DNA from: Rebecca billardiae RCC1528
Taxonomy: Eukaryota; Protista; Haptophyta
DNA: 64,000 nucleotides
Reading direction: 5' to 3'
Assembly (NCBI GenBank): GCA_965240325.2
Contig: OZ251229.1
Location: 1,674,001 to 1,738,000, forward strand
In this document: in pieces, positions 11,901 to 23,295 of the stretch
Numbering within the stretch: the stretch's first letter is position 1
Layout: every line of letters starts with the position of its first letter
Program-made: the position numbers and the translations under genes
Notes under the pieces: generated by a model
Databases searched by the model: none
The model's input: the letters and a program-made list of their open reading frames with translations, nothing else
What the model was told of the DNA's origin: nothing

Positions 11901-12901
11901 ACGTCGCCGTGCTCGGCGCTGGCACGCTGCTCACGGAGGAGACACTGCTCGACCTCTGCCCAGAGGCGCCGTGGTCGATCGCCGCCGAGACCGCGCTCGA
12001 GACCCTTCTCATCGACTCGGCCGAGCTCCACCGGATGCTCACGCCGAGATCGCGCGAGGTGCTCGCGGGCAAGGCCGCCGCGACGCGCGCATGGGTGTCT
12101 GCGCGGCTCGAGTCGTGCATGCAGTCGCGCGTGCAGCACTCGCCGATCACGGCTCACCTGTGGGGGCGCGGCGAGAGCTCGAGCGCAAGGGTTGGCGGCG
12201 CGGGCGACAAGGCGGCGGCGGCCAGCACGTCGGTGCTCGAGCTGGTCAAGCTGCGGAACGCGCCTGCCCCCCCCAAGGACGCGGCCGCCACTGCTGGCTC
12301 GTCCGCGGGCGGCGGTGCGGCCGGCTCGGTGCGCCTCAGCCAGCTCGCGCGTGGGCGAGCGCCCCTCGCGGTGCCGGCTGCCGCGCCCCTCATCTCGCGC
12401 ACCGGCTCGGCTGGCACTTCGCCAGCCAGGCGTAGCCCCGCGCGGCTGCTCACCAGGGCCGTCGATGCGCAGGCGAGCCAGCGGCCAGCGACCAGCCCGG
12501 CCCTCGCCCTTCCCGCGCCCAGCTCGACCGAGCCCCCGCTGCCGACGTCGCCCTCCAAGTACGCGTCCAACCGCGGCGCGGGCGCGCAGGCCCACATGCA
12601 CCTGCGGCCCAAGGTGCACCTGAACGACGGCGGGAGCCCTCCGCCGCCAGCCATCGGCGCGCTGCAGGCCGCCGAGCGGCGCGCTGCGCGGCGGCTGCCG
12701 CGCTCCGCCCCACACTCGCCGGTGTCCACCTCGCCAGCGCCCACCGTGGCGACTGTCGAGCTCGAGGTGAGCGGAGTGCGCACGCGCGCTCGCGAGCGCC
12801 CCGCGAGAGCTGGCATGGGCACGCTGCCAGCTCTCGATGACCGCCACACGCAAGCTTCCCGCGCGGATAGCGCCTCGCCCACCGGCGGCCGCGCCAGCTG
12901 A
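8996..12901 (+). CDS. Protein with four cyclic-nucleotide-binding (cNMP/CAP_ED) domains and disordered N- and C-termini
   Basis: Long single ORF. Domain 2 reads EGDVLCNQGEDANFCFLISRGAC...VGETALLFPGQKRNATI (canonical phosphate-binding cassette). The other three (VYIVLRGSV..SWGQLSL; LLSGEV..AFGEMA; LVMSGAS..LLTEETL) are degenerate. First ATG is at 8996. Confidence 0.9.
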   Translation: MDEQQKPVDDDVGRLANNVLLSAPVAPAVGMRGSDGRRSRGRPTADDTTLIQPIARSPSQESDAGTRGGVFLQPVSSTIGMRGSDGRRSRRRLTEDDVTILGLIARDPHQEPAAERPGDDHLVPQPVTPKIGMRSSDGRRSRRRLTNDDMTYALREHIKSQAAISESAPLDADEHFDRGRDAFLVDEAATEDAERVEGGEGFDSLPVKAGGRDADDISDAGSAPDAAAAGGAHASAGDDQDDALIELELSLTSALDEMLATPEPGKNEALIKMILSLPPAKRSSVQRDRLRECIGGVSFLAILDDEELLTHIFNGMEYRAYAPDEQIVSPTGTPEAVYIVLRGSVCLQEAPLGATAVDPDLLARGQVSHRTTRLAPETSWGQLSLVESHMRNGYSATAAHVGGCALLFIPRNVYQRVLPTFERRMRHTVALLQSTKTFGNWDTDSLQRLFVVFERLSLAEGDVLCNQGEDANFCFLISRGACGVYINVSERVDEQPTQPSAESADSHDDDNNDEARAEQYVTRLRQVAVLQAGTLVGETALLFPGQKRNATIISHGAEVLLLTKRDFLSLDEATLQNIRLNSSFTAACSMKPEHRETTHIDALVEKTQSLDFFKRMDDGAHRDLCKRLLYLKVEPGARIIAPPPPGVSEVPDDTKLGKLRSEEGSASAGSDVVVLLSGEVSTAVHLSVDVAGRYRSGVLRPPPQPQPAIDDQQLPASAPASTAAAARLGNSNHKWHTQVSHHFQIERTVRTGGAFGEMAAALGEEGNITATAVKETELLVISRDDYERCGALERYLGAHEEVANFLLTVDVFRARAPHHGGRGAGDRSELDEQLPAPEASARDYVCIAPFFGRAHVPRGEVVAASRKLRRDRCMLVMSGASKFRVDGAELYRERICTMLASMPPERTAASFTAAMSASSTAHELRAIVEGNGEGTDTLEARRARARAHPTIAEAIAAVTSARAGGKLLHVAVLGAGTLLTEETLLDLCPEAPWSIAAETALETLLIDSAELHRMLTPRSREVLAGKAAATRAWVSARLESCMQSRVQHSPITAHLWGRGESSSARVGGAGDKAAAASTSVLELVKLRNAPAPPKDAAATAGSSAGGGAAGSVRLSQLARGRAPLAVPAAAPLISRTGSAGTSPARRSPARLLTRAVDAQASQRPATSPALALPAPSSTEPPLPTSPSKYASNRGAGAQAHMHLRPKVHLNDGGSPPPPAIGALQAAERRAARRLPRSAPHSPVSTSPAPTVATVELEVSGVRTRARERPARAGMGTLPALDDRHTQASRADSASPTGGRAS

Positions 12902-14223
12902 AACCAACGCGCGCGCACGTCCCAGCCGGGGCGATGGCGTCGTGTCGGCGCCGGCCGCAGAGAGGTGAGTGTGACTTGTGCGCCGCGCGGGCCAGGCGCT
13001 GTGCGACTGCGGATCGGTAGCGGTGATGTGAAGTTTTATTATGACAGCCACGCCAGTATTATTTTTATCGGGCGTCCGGTCCGGTGCCGCCGACTACCGT
13101 AGTACTCGCGGCTAATCATGACAACGCGTATCTAGCATTGGCAGCAGCATGCAATATCGTGCCAGCAATGATGATGGTAGTAGTAGTAGTAATAGTATAA
13201 GCCATGTTATTATTATTCTTGTCACTATTGGCGTGCGCAAGCTGTGATGCGAAGCAGGAAGCTGTTGCCAGGCTTCGAGTGGCACCATCCGAGGCCGGCA
13301 GGTTACACGCGTATGTTACATACAGTTGTACTACGTGTCCGCGCCTTCCTACGACGACAAGGTCAGGCAGTGCTACTAACGTATACCTCGAGTGGCGAGT
13401 GGTCGGCTGTATCGCTGCCGCACACCGTGGCCGACCAGTGACTTTCTCGGGGACTGACGCGGCCGCGGGCTGCGGCGGCCAGTCACTCAGCCCGACTGTC
13501 AGGCTGTCCGGTGAGTCGGCAGGGGTAACAATGAACCAGGGTTGCTTAGGCACATCCGAGCATCGAGGAGTCCTCGTAACTCAACGCGACGCGCGTGGAG
13601 TCCGTACCGAGGGTGGGGATAGGCCGAGTATGCGAGACTTGCTTATTCTCAGCAGCAAGTATATGCGTGCACATGATACACTTGGCTGATGTGCGATATT
13701 ACCACGGAAGGTCTCGCTCTGCTGCCCGAACGTGGCGTGATGTTCCATGTCGACCTTGCGTGATGTTAGACTGCTGGCGTCGCCGCTCGCGCATCGCCAG
13801 TCGCGCCGTGGCCGTCGTTCTAGAATCGATAGCATGACGTCTACGTCGACATCTCCCACCTCCGTGTCGTGGAGGCCATGTGCGACGGGCGGCCAAGGTG
13901 CATGTCTGTGGGGGCATCGCAGGACCCATCACCCGAGCAGGGTCGTTTTGTGGCGGGTACAAAGGTGGTTTACATGCAGGATGCTCTTTAGTAGTGAACC
14001 TGAAGCCGATGACCGACACGAGTCGCTCACACTAGTACATGTCAATCTCGCCTGCCTGAGCTGTGTGCGTCTCGTATTCTTAGTAAATTGTATCAATATT
14101 CATCGCGTCATACGACTCTACAACTCTGACATTCAAGAAGGGCTGCCGCCACCTCGCCAGACCGACCACTGCGCCCGTGAACCAAGGGGGTATCCGTGCC
14201 AACCCAACCCCGGCCCCGCCGCC

Positions 14224-17200
14224 ATGCGCGCCGTCGGGGGGCTGCTCATCGGGCTTCTTCTGAGCATTGTTCGCGCGGAGAATGGCACACTGGCCTCCGC
14301 CGTGCAGTGCGAGGCCGGCATGTTCGCGCATGTGGGCGCCGGCGGCTGCGAGCCGTGCCCGGCGGGCCACGTCAGCGCGGCCGGCGCGAGCGCGTGCACC
14401 CCGTGCGCCGCGGGCTCGTACGCGGCGGGCGGCCTGATGTGCCTCGCGTGCGAGTCCAGGACGTATCAGACTCGCGCCGGCCAGAGCTCGTGCAGCGAGT
14501 GCCCGCAGCACTCGGAGCATCGCGCGCAGCGCGCTGATGGCTCGCATTTCCGCGAGGGCGCAACGGGCGCCACGTCGATCGACGATTGCGTGTGCGAGGA
14601 GGGCTTCGTCAAGATGGGCGCGGGCGGCTCGTGGTCGTGCAGGCCGTGCGTCGAGGGCATGCAGTGCGCCGAGGCCGGCGCGGAGCTCGCCACCGTGCCG
14701 CTGCTCCCCGGCTACTGGCGCGGGTCGGCGCGCAGCGTCGACGTGCGCGCGTGCCCGCGCGCCGACGACTGCGTCGGCGGCTCTGACCCCGCGTCGTACT
14801 GCGTGCGCGGCTCGACGGGGCCGCTCTGCGACGCGTGCGTGGAGGGCTGGTTCCGCACGACTTCCGGCGTCTGCGCGCCGTGCAGCCCCGTCGATCGCTA
14901 CCCCATCGCCCTGCTCGCCGTGGCCGTGCTCGCTCTTCTCTCGTTGCTGGCGGCGCTGACGGCGCGCGCGCTGCTCGCGTCGTCGCGGCTCGCGGCGGTG
15001 TCGGGGCGCATCGAGCGCGCGGCTTCGCAGCTGCTGCGCAGCGGCGCGCTGTACCGCGCGAGCGTCCACTTCCGCTCGGTCTACGCCTTCGCCCAGGTCC
15101 TCGCCGCGCTCGACCTCCACAAGGACGTACTCACGGCTTACCCGGCGCTTGCCGGCGCTGTGCGCTCGCTCCGAGTGATCAACCTCGACGTGACCGAGGC
15201 GCTGGGCTCGCGGTGCACGGCGGTGGGGCTCTTCGCGCGGCTGTACGTGCTATGCCTGCTGCCCATCGCCGCGCTCGTGCCCGTCGGCGCGTACCTCGGC
15301 GTCGAGGCGCTCCTCACCTTGCGCCGCGCGCGCGCGCTGAGGCGCGCCGCGGGCGCAGACCGGCCGACGCGGCGCCGCATGCGCGCCGCCGCGCAGCAGC
15401 GCTCACTCGCGTCGGCGGGGATGCTGCTGGCGCGCACGGCGCTGTACTGCTCGTACGCGGTGGTGCCGTCGATCATGTCCGGCGCCTTCCGCTTCTTCGA
15501 CTGCGTCGTCGTCGACACCTCCGCCCCGGAGCCGGACTCGGCGCGCTACCTGCGGCACGAGCTTGCGGTCCCGTGCGGCACTGCGCAGACCGGCGGGGCG
15601 CTCGCCTTCCTCGTGGGCGCGATCTGCGTGTACGGCGTGCTCGTGCCGGCGGCGCTGGCGCACGCGCTCGCGCCGCGCTCCGGCCTCGGCCTCACCCTGC
15701 TCTCCACCGGGTACAAGCCCACCTTCGTCTGGTTCGAGGTGGCGGAGACGGTGCGCAAGGGACTCATCGTCGGGCTTTCCGTGCTCGCGCGCACGCGCGC
15801 GGTCGGCCGCGGGCGCGCGGCGCTCTCGGCGGGGCGCGAGACGCAGCTGCTGTTCGCGTTCACGGTGCAGGCGGTGCACACGTTCCTCTTCTCCCAGGTC
15901 TCGCCGCTGCACTCGCCCGAGGCGATGGCGGTGGGCGTGGGCGTGCACACAGCTCTCTCCCTAAGCCTGGTGCTGCTCGCGCTGCTCGCGGCCGCCGGGC
16001 GCGGGGACGAGGGCGCGGCCGGCGGCGCGGCGGCGGGCGCGGTGGTGACGGCGGCGCGCGCGCGCACGCTCACCGCGTTCGCGGCCGCGCTCGTTGCCGG
16101 CGCGCTCGTCGCGGCGTACGCCCTCGTCATGCACCGCGCCGCCATCGAGGCCGAGCGCGCCAAGCGCCAGCCCATCGTGCTCGTCACGGCGCCGGGCGAG
16201 GATCTGGATGGCGAGATGGCGCTGCTGCTCGCCAAGTGGATGCAGGAGGAGGGGCTGGTCGACCTGAAGGCGGTGGTCGCGAACCTGCACCCCGCGCGCA
16301 CGCGCGCGCGCCTCGTGCGCGGCGTGCTCGACGCGCTCCGCCTGCAGCACGTCCCGGTCGGCGTCGGCACCGACGGCGGCACGACCGCGACCGCCGACAC
16401 TTTCTCGGAAAGTGCCTCCCACTATATCTGCCCGCCCAACTCGGCGCGCGCGGCGGCGCTCGAGCCTGCGCGCGCGCTGCTGCACCGCACGCTGAGCGCG
16501 GCGCGCGACCGCTCGATCACGCTCGTCTGCCTCTCCTCGCTCAAGGACGCCGCGCTCTTCCTGCGCGACAACGGCGAGCTGTGCGCGGCCAAGCTCAAGC
16601 GAGTGGTCGTGATGGGCGGCGTCGCCCCCGACTGGCACGCCGGCTCGGAGGACGGCGAGACGTGGCTCAAGCCGGACAACGCGCGGAACAACCGGCTGGA
16701 CGTGGGCGCCGCGAACTACTTCTACTCCGCCTGCCAGCACGCCGGCATCCCCATGTCCATCGTCACGCGCCACGCGGCGTGTGCAGGTGCGCGCGCGCGC
16801 GAGGGGCGCGCGAGCGCGGCCCACGCACGCACGCTGTTGGCCGGCAGCGCGCTGAGGCGCGCGCGCGCGCTCGCTTGCCCCGGCGCGCAGCACCCGTACC
16901 ACGCGAGACGTACGACTTCCTCGCGCAGTCCGGCAGCCCGATCGGCTGGCGGCTGCGCAAGGCGCAGCGCGACAACATCGAGCTGCTGTGGCGGCGCGCG
17001 TGCGCCGCGCCCGGCTCCGAGCTGCGCGGCGACTTGCCTGAGCGCTGCTCGCGCGAGTGGTTCATCAGCACCTTCTGCGTGGGCGACGTGGGCGAGCGCG
17101 ACGGGGAGGACGCGATCTGGGACACGATCGCCTCGTTCCAGCTGTACGACGCCACCGCGCTCGTCGCCGCCGTCCCCGCGCTCGCCTCCTACCTCTTCAA

Positions 17201-20200
17201 CCCGACGGCGGTGCGGATCTCTGGCGTGGAGCACGCGATCGTGGGCGAGAGCGAAGAGGAGCATGGCGTGCGCTCGGCGCGCGACCTGTCGTCCTTCATG
17301 CTGACGGCGATCGCCGACGCGATCGGCGTGCAGGCGGGCGCGCACGCGGGCTCGTCGCACGTGATCGTCGTGCTCCTCGACTCGCCCACCGCCTCGGCCG
17401 TCCCCGCGCTGCTGCTGCTGCGCGCGCTGCTCGACCTCAACATGCTGCAATGCGATTCGATGCTTATCGTGCGCGAGCGAGGTGGCGCGCCGCCGCGCGC
17501 CGGCCGCGGCGGCGGCGGCGGCGGCGGCGGGAGCGCGGACGCGGCGGGCTCGGGCGATGCGGTGCGGTGCGCCGAGTCGCTCGGGCTCGCGACGCTCACC
17601 CAGCTGCTCGTGGTCGACGACGACGCGACCTTCGCCAGCCAGCACACGCGCACGTCGTCTGTGTTTGTCTCGTCCAGCCGAGTGCGGCGGCACACGGCTG
17701 TCGGCTCAGAGCTGTCGGCCGCGGCGGCGAGCGCCGACGCGGTGGAGGCGCTCGCGGCGGTGTACGAGTCGGTGGGCGTGCGCACGCGCCTCGTCGTCGG
17801 CGGCGCGATCCCGCTCGCCCTCGCGCGCTTCGCCCGCGAGGAGGCGCTCGTCTTCCGCGAGAAGACGGAGAGTGTCGTGGCGCTTGGCGAGTTTGAAAAC
17901 GCGGCACCGCCCGCGGACGGCTCGGCGTGGGGGGACTTATTGGCGGCGGCCGGCGGTGGCGGCGGCGTGGAGGGCGAGGAGGGCGGGGGCGGCGGCGCGG
18001 GGCTCCGCCGGCCGCGCTCGCGCGCACCGGCGGTGCTGGAGGTGAGCGCCGGCGCGGAGAGCCTCCGTGCGTTCGACAGCGGTCGGATGAGCGGCGGCGC
18101 TGGCGGCGCGAGCGGCGAGGGCGGCAGGGCGCGCGTCCCCGGCGTGGACGCCTCCGCTGCCGACGAGGACGACGAGCTGCCAAAGCCGCGCGCGCGCAAC
18201 GGCGGCGGCGGGAGCCGCTCCGTCGCCTTTGCCGCCGCGCTGAGTGCCGAGCCGGCGGAGCCGTGCACGCCCACGCTGCCGCCCATCGACATGCCGCGCA
18301 TGCCGCAGCCGCCGCCGCCTCTGCCGGGCCTGCCGCCGCGTGACGCGCTCGGCAGAGTCTCGCGCTCGCACACGAGCTCAGGCTCGTACTCCTTCCGGGG
18401 CCTGCGCGGCGTGGTCGGCGGCGGCGCGGCGCGCACGTCCGCCAACTTTGGCGGCGTGGGCTCGTCGCCCACGCCCACGCCGCGCTGGCCCGGCCTCTGG
18501 TCGCGCGTGAGCGGAAGCCGAACCAGCGGCAGCCGAACGAGCGCCAGCCGATCGAGCGGCAACGCTGTGGAGCTGCTGTGGAACGCCGTGCGCGGCTCGT
18601 CGCCGAGGGGGCGCGCGCGCTTCGCGGCGGATCGGCAGACGACCGACGGCCCGGACAGTCGGCGCGCGTGCCTGCTGCAGCCGCACCGCGGCGAGGCGAG
18701 CTCCAAGGCGGCGAGCGCTGCAGCGCAGTCACTCACCGAGCAGTGCGCCGCGTTTGGCATCCCGATGCGCCTGGTGTCCGCGCAGCTCGCCGACGAGTGC
18801 GCGCTGCCCTCGTGCCTGTACGACGAGCTGAGCCAGCTCGCCGGCGAGATCGGCGGCGTCGCGCACGGCGCGGTGAAGGCGGCGACGCTCGCGACGTGGG
18901 CCGAGGCGCACGCGCATCCGGACGAGCGGCCGCCCGGCGGGCTGCCCGCTCAGATTGACGCGGACTGGTTTGAGGAACGCTACTGCTCGGGCGCGCGCGC
19001 GGAGACGGCGGCGGAGGCGTGGGCGCTCGCGCGCACCGTGCCGTTCCCCGCGGGCGCGGTGCTGCTCGCCGCGTCCGACCGGCTGAGCGCGCACTACCTG
19101 CGCGAGCTCGACGCCCTTCTGCTCAAGGCGGTCCGGCACGTCTGGCTGGGCGGCGCCGAGCTGTCTGAGCCGCCGTCTCGGCCGGTGTTCCTCGCGCAGA
19201 TGCTGGCCAAGGCGGCGATGCACGACCTCTCGCACTTCAGCACCGGCGCGGGCGGCGGCGAGCCGGCGCGCGCCAGCGCCGCCGAAGCGGCCGACGGCGG
19301 CTGCCGCAGCGCGCCCACGGCCACGGCGGTGCCAGACTCGTTGGCGCAGCAGAGCTGGGAGGCGGGCCGGCGCGGCAGCGCGCTCGCCGGAGGCAAGAGG
19401 CGGCTGCCGGCCGCGCTCACGCTCAGCGTCGACGGCCTGGGCACCTTCGAGGTGAGCGACGCGCTCCCTGCCTTCCTGCAAGGCGGCGCGCTCTCCGCGG
19501 CCGCGCGCACGGGCTGGCTCGCCCCCTTGCGCCTAGCCTTCAACATGCGAGCGCCGCTGGCGGAGGCGGGCGGCGCAGGCGCGGCGGCTCTGCTCTCGCC
19601 TGTGCGGGGGGGCCCGCGCTCGCCCGATCGGGAGAGCCGCCGCTCGCGCGGGCCCCGGCGCGGCGCGACCGTCACCACCATGTTCCAGCAGGCGCGCCTC
19701 GAGATGAAGGATGCGGACCAGATGGGCGAGACGTCGCGCGAGCGCTTCGAGCGCGTGCGCAACGCGGCGCGCACCGGCGCCGCGCCGCCGCGCGCAGTAC
19801 GCGCGGGCGAGCCGTCGGCCGAAAAAGAAAAAGGCGTGATGCCCATTGAGGGCTACGTGCGCAAGGCCTTTGTGCCCGAGAAGCTGCTCCGGCGGCTCGG
19901 GCCCGCGCCGACGGCGCACGGCGCGCGCGGCACCACGGGCAGCTCTGAAGGGGACGCCGGCTCCGGCCGGCGGGGCAGCACCACACCGACCGGCCGCTCG
20001 CGCTTCTGCAGCTGCCGGCCCGGCCGGCTGTCGGTGCAGCCGGGCAAGAAGCGCACGTCGCCGCTCAACGCCTCGCTGCGTCATCCGCCGGGCGCGAGCG
20101 CGACGGACGCGGCGCTCGACGAGTCGATGCCTCGCGTCGGGCACCAGCGCTCCTCCGACTCCGACAGCATGCAGCAGCCGTGCGAGGACAGCGCGCGCCC

Positions 20201-20693
20201 GCCGCGCCCGTCACGGCTGCCGCGCCCGTCGATGGTGCCCGCGATCACTCCGACCTTGATCTCGCGCCTCAGCAAGAGAGCGTCGCCGGTGCCGAGCCTG
20301 CGGCGCGGCTCTGGCCTGCCGGACGAGTGCGTCGTCATCGGCGGCGGCGGCGGCGGCGGCGCGGATCACGACTGGGAGACCTCGCCCATGCTGCTGCAGC
20401 ATCGCTCGGAATTGCTCGTCGCGCGGAGCGCTTCGCAGCCCGGCACCGAGCTGACGGACTCGCAGGGCGCGTCATGCAGCTCGCGGCACCGGGACGGCAG
20501 CAGCAGCGCGGTCAGGCTGCCGCACGTGCCCTCCGGGCGGGGCGCTCGGTTGCGCTCGGTTGAGAGCAGCTCGTCTCGCTCGCCCGGCAACTCGCCCGCG
20601 TTCCGCCTGCCGCAAGGACCGCCGCTTCCTGGGAGCGCAGCTGCTGGCGGAGGCAGTGCGGACGTCAGCGCGGACTTTGACGAGATCGTGTGA
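14224..20693 (+). CDS. Membrane receptor-like protein: signal peptide, GCC2/GCC3(ephrin-receptor-like) Cys-rich repeats, ~8-9 TM protist TRP-like module, two cytoplasmic IU-nucleoside-hydrolase (XopQ/HopQ1-like) domains, low-complexity tail
   Basis: Signal MRAVGGLLIGLLLSIVRA; CxxCPAG repeats; GYKPTFVWFEVAETVRK TM motif; NH-like IVLVTAPGEDLDGEMALLL...RARLVRGVLDAL...VVVMGG...LYDATAL. Intron 16787-16890 (GTGCGC...GCGCAG) joins ORF 13747 to ORF 14835 in frame (HAACA-APVPRETYDFL). Confidence 0.85.
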
Positions 20694-20781
20694 CGCGACG
20701 ACGACCTATTAAGTACTGCTGCATATAGATATGCTCATCATCGCGCGTCGTCGATGTCCGGGTATCATCCGAGCGTGCACT

Positions 20782-23195
20782 TATGGCCCGCGGTGTAGGG
20801 CGGAGCGCGTAGCGTGGAGCCCCGCCGGGGGCCCTCACTACGTTGTCAAAAAGATCTTTTGATCAAAGAAAAGGGGACGGGGGACGATTTTGAGGGGTGT
20901 TGGAGGGTGAGTTTTCGCTTTTTCGAGGGGTACGTTGGCCCATAGTGCTCTGCATTAGCAACTACGCGCTTGACGAAATAAGCGCGCCCACGCCATTCCG
21001 CATAAGTCGATGGACGGACGTGGGATCAGATACCCCGGGGGTGAAACAAGTGAGTATTTTTGTCATTCTTGTATGCTGGAGTACGAGTTTGCCGAGCGAC
21101 GTTTGATTGTTTTGGGTCGAAAACAGCTATGAGGCCAGATGCTTCTGAATAGCGCTTTGTTTAAACACCTACCCGCCTGTCTCGATGGATGAACCGCCCT
21201 ATAATATTAAAAGAGATTCTTTTGAATAGCGCTTGTTCAACCACATTACCCGCCTGCCTCGATGGATGAACCGCCTGTGCACTAATATTAAACGAGATTC
21301 TTTGAATGGCGCCTATGGCGGCTTGTTAAAACGTAACAAGTTACCCGCCTACAAACCGGGCCTAAGCGCAACCTTTTGAAAGTGCATGTTGATGTGCATG
21401 GTCAGGGTCCTCCTCAACTACTGCATGTCGGCGTACTGCGTGCGCGCGCGGCGCGCTGTTATTTACCGATGCATCACTTGGTGCTGGAAACATAGGCCAT
21501 ACACGGGCACTTGGAAGTGATCAAGTTTTGCTACCTATTCGCAATAAGTTGGATACTGGGAGCCGCCAGGCGCGCGCGGGGCGCCCTACGCTCACTTATT
21601 CGACCGAGCACGGACGGCCCTCGACTCTCGAGCTGCTCGCTCGCTCGTTCGCGTTCGCTTCGTCGCTGCGGCGCCCTGACCGGGGACGTGCGTGTCGGCG
21701 CCGCGTACGCCGCGGTGCGCGCGCGGTGGCGGGAGCCGGCCGGCCGCTGGTCTCCCCCTCGCGCTCTGCTCTCGCCCTCGCGCTCCGCTCCGGCTCTCCC
21801 CGAGGCGTCGCGCGCGTCTCGCTCGGTCCGGTCCGTCGCCAGGCCGTGCCGACGGCGCGCCCACAGCGCCCCGCTGCAAAGCATGCGCGACGAGATCGCG
21901 GCGGCGGGGGCGGCGAGATCGCGGCGGAGGCGGCGGGCAACAGCCTGCCCGCGGGCGTGTTCGTCGCTCGAGGAGGAGCGCGCAAGGGCGAGCCGAGTCC
22001 GGAGCACGCTCACGAGCTTGTCGCTCGGACGCTTCGAGGATGAGTGAGCGCGCCGAGCACGCAGCGGAGATGAGCCGGATGCGCCCGGAGTTCGCGCAGC
22101 TGAAGGGCGAGCTCGAGCACGCGAGCTCGCTCCTCGACGCCGAGCGCGAGCTCCTCCTCAACTCGGTCGACGGCGGCGCTGAGGTGCAGCAGCGTGAGGA
22201 CGAGCAGCCAGCCAGTCCCGAACGCTCGCAAGACACTGCTGCACGCAAGCGGCGGCCACGTAGCGCGAGGAGCTGCGCTGGGAATGCGCCGCGCGCGTCG
22301 ACGCGGCGATCACCGGGCTGCAGGCCTCGGCCGTCGACGCGTTGCGCACCCTCGCCGCCAGCCGCGACGAGTCCGCCGTCGAGCTGCAGCCGAGCTGCAG
22401 CCGAGCTGCGCGCGCAGATGGGCGGCGTCACAGGCACACAGACACTGACAGACAGGCCGTGCATGCCAGCACGTGCGCGCGGAGGCGCTGTGCGCCGAGC
22501 TGGCGAAGCGCGACGCCGAGCGCGACGCGCTGCGCGACGCGGCGACGGACGCGCTGGGCGCGCGCGGCGCCCTCGTCGCGACGCCCCGTGCAGCAGCTCG
22601 AGCAGCCAGCTGTGCGGAGTAGACGGCCGTCGAGGCGATCGGCGCCGGTTCAGGAGCGCGCACAGGCTCCGAGCCTGCCGTTGGCTGGCCGCCGCCGTCT
22701 TCGAGGCCGCCGACGCGGCGGAGGAGGCGGCGGGCGAGCACGGCGGCGCGGTGGAGCAGGCGCGCACGCGCGGCGGCAGGCGCGACGCGCCGCTCGCCTC
22801 GTTCCACCCCGAGCTCCGCTCGCTCGGTCTCGGTGCGCGGCTGCGCAGCGGCAGGCCGGGGCAGCCGAGTGGCGCGCGCTCTCGCTCTGCCGGCACGAGG
22901 CGCGCCGGCTGAGCGACCAGCGGCCCGTCGTCGAGCGCATGGCGCAGCGCGAGCACCTCAAGCAGGTGCGCCCGCACGCGCGCACGCGCCGGCCCGCGCC
23001 GCGCGGCGCCTCTCGCCCTGCGCGCGCGCGCCGCCCCAGCGGCCGCTTCCCCGCGCGCGGCCCGCGCGGCGACAGTCCTCAGGCGAACTGTTACTCACAT
23101 GTCAGACTGACAGTGACAGCCGACGGCCGACGGAGGGTGCACCGCGGGCCTCTAACTGCGTTGGTTCTACGGAAGGACCGCGGAACGCGGTCATA
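20782..23195 (+). mobile_element. Non-autonomous Helentron/Helitron2-like element A carrying a decayed gene fragment
   Basis: 5' subTIR GGCCCGCGGTG (20785-20795); 3' subTIR CACCGCGGGCC (23140-23150), followed by terminal hairpin GACCGCG-GAA-CGCGGTC (23176-23192). Internal ~78-bp tandem repeat at ~21145-21310. Both ends are shared with 43667-47619. Confidence 0.75.
21883..22970 (+). pseudogene. Frameshifted Ala/Glu/Arg-rich coiled-coil gene fragment inside element A
   Basis: Coding-like segments in shifting frames (EHAAEMSRMRPEFAQLKGELEHASSLLDAERELL; AAVFEAADAAEEAAGEHGGAVEQAR; VERMAQREHLKQ followed by a GTGCGC donor-like site), with stops and frameshifts between them. Confidence 0.55.
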
Positions 23196-23211
23196 TCGTC
23201 TATATCTACTC

Positions 23212-23221
23212 TGCTCTCTCT

Positions 23222-23272
<51 letters not shown>

Positions 23273-23295
23273 CTCTCTCATCTCTCTCTCTCTCT
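23212..23295. repeat. (CT)n microsatellite
   Basis: Seen directly; abuts the 3' end of element A. Confidence 0.95.

Noticed and set aside
10036-13051. Long antisense and alternative-frame ORFs here and across other genes (for example 52905-54773 and 58899-60560)
   Set aside because: Expected in very GC-rich coding DNA; low-complexity Arg/Ala/Gly translations with no motifs.
13204-13689. Small ORF with a signal-peptide-like start
   Set aside because: The hydrophobic start comes from a TTA/TAG-rich simple repeat, and codon usage is unlike the real genes.
13747-14223. N-terminal 159 aa of ORF 13747
   Set aside because: It crosses a dispersed repeat and AT-richer spacer; a good signal peptide begins at ATG 14224.
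14835-16890. First third of the 1952-aa ORF
   Set aside because: It is an Arg-rich shadow frame. Only the part after the intron acceptor at 16890 is coding in this frame.
16787-16890. Introner-like terminal complementarity in introns (GTGCGCGC...GCGCGCAG)
   Set aside because: (GC)n richness makes such pairing likely by chance, and the other introns share no extended similarity.
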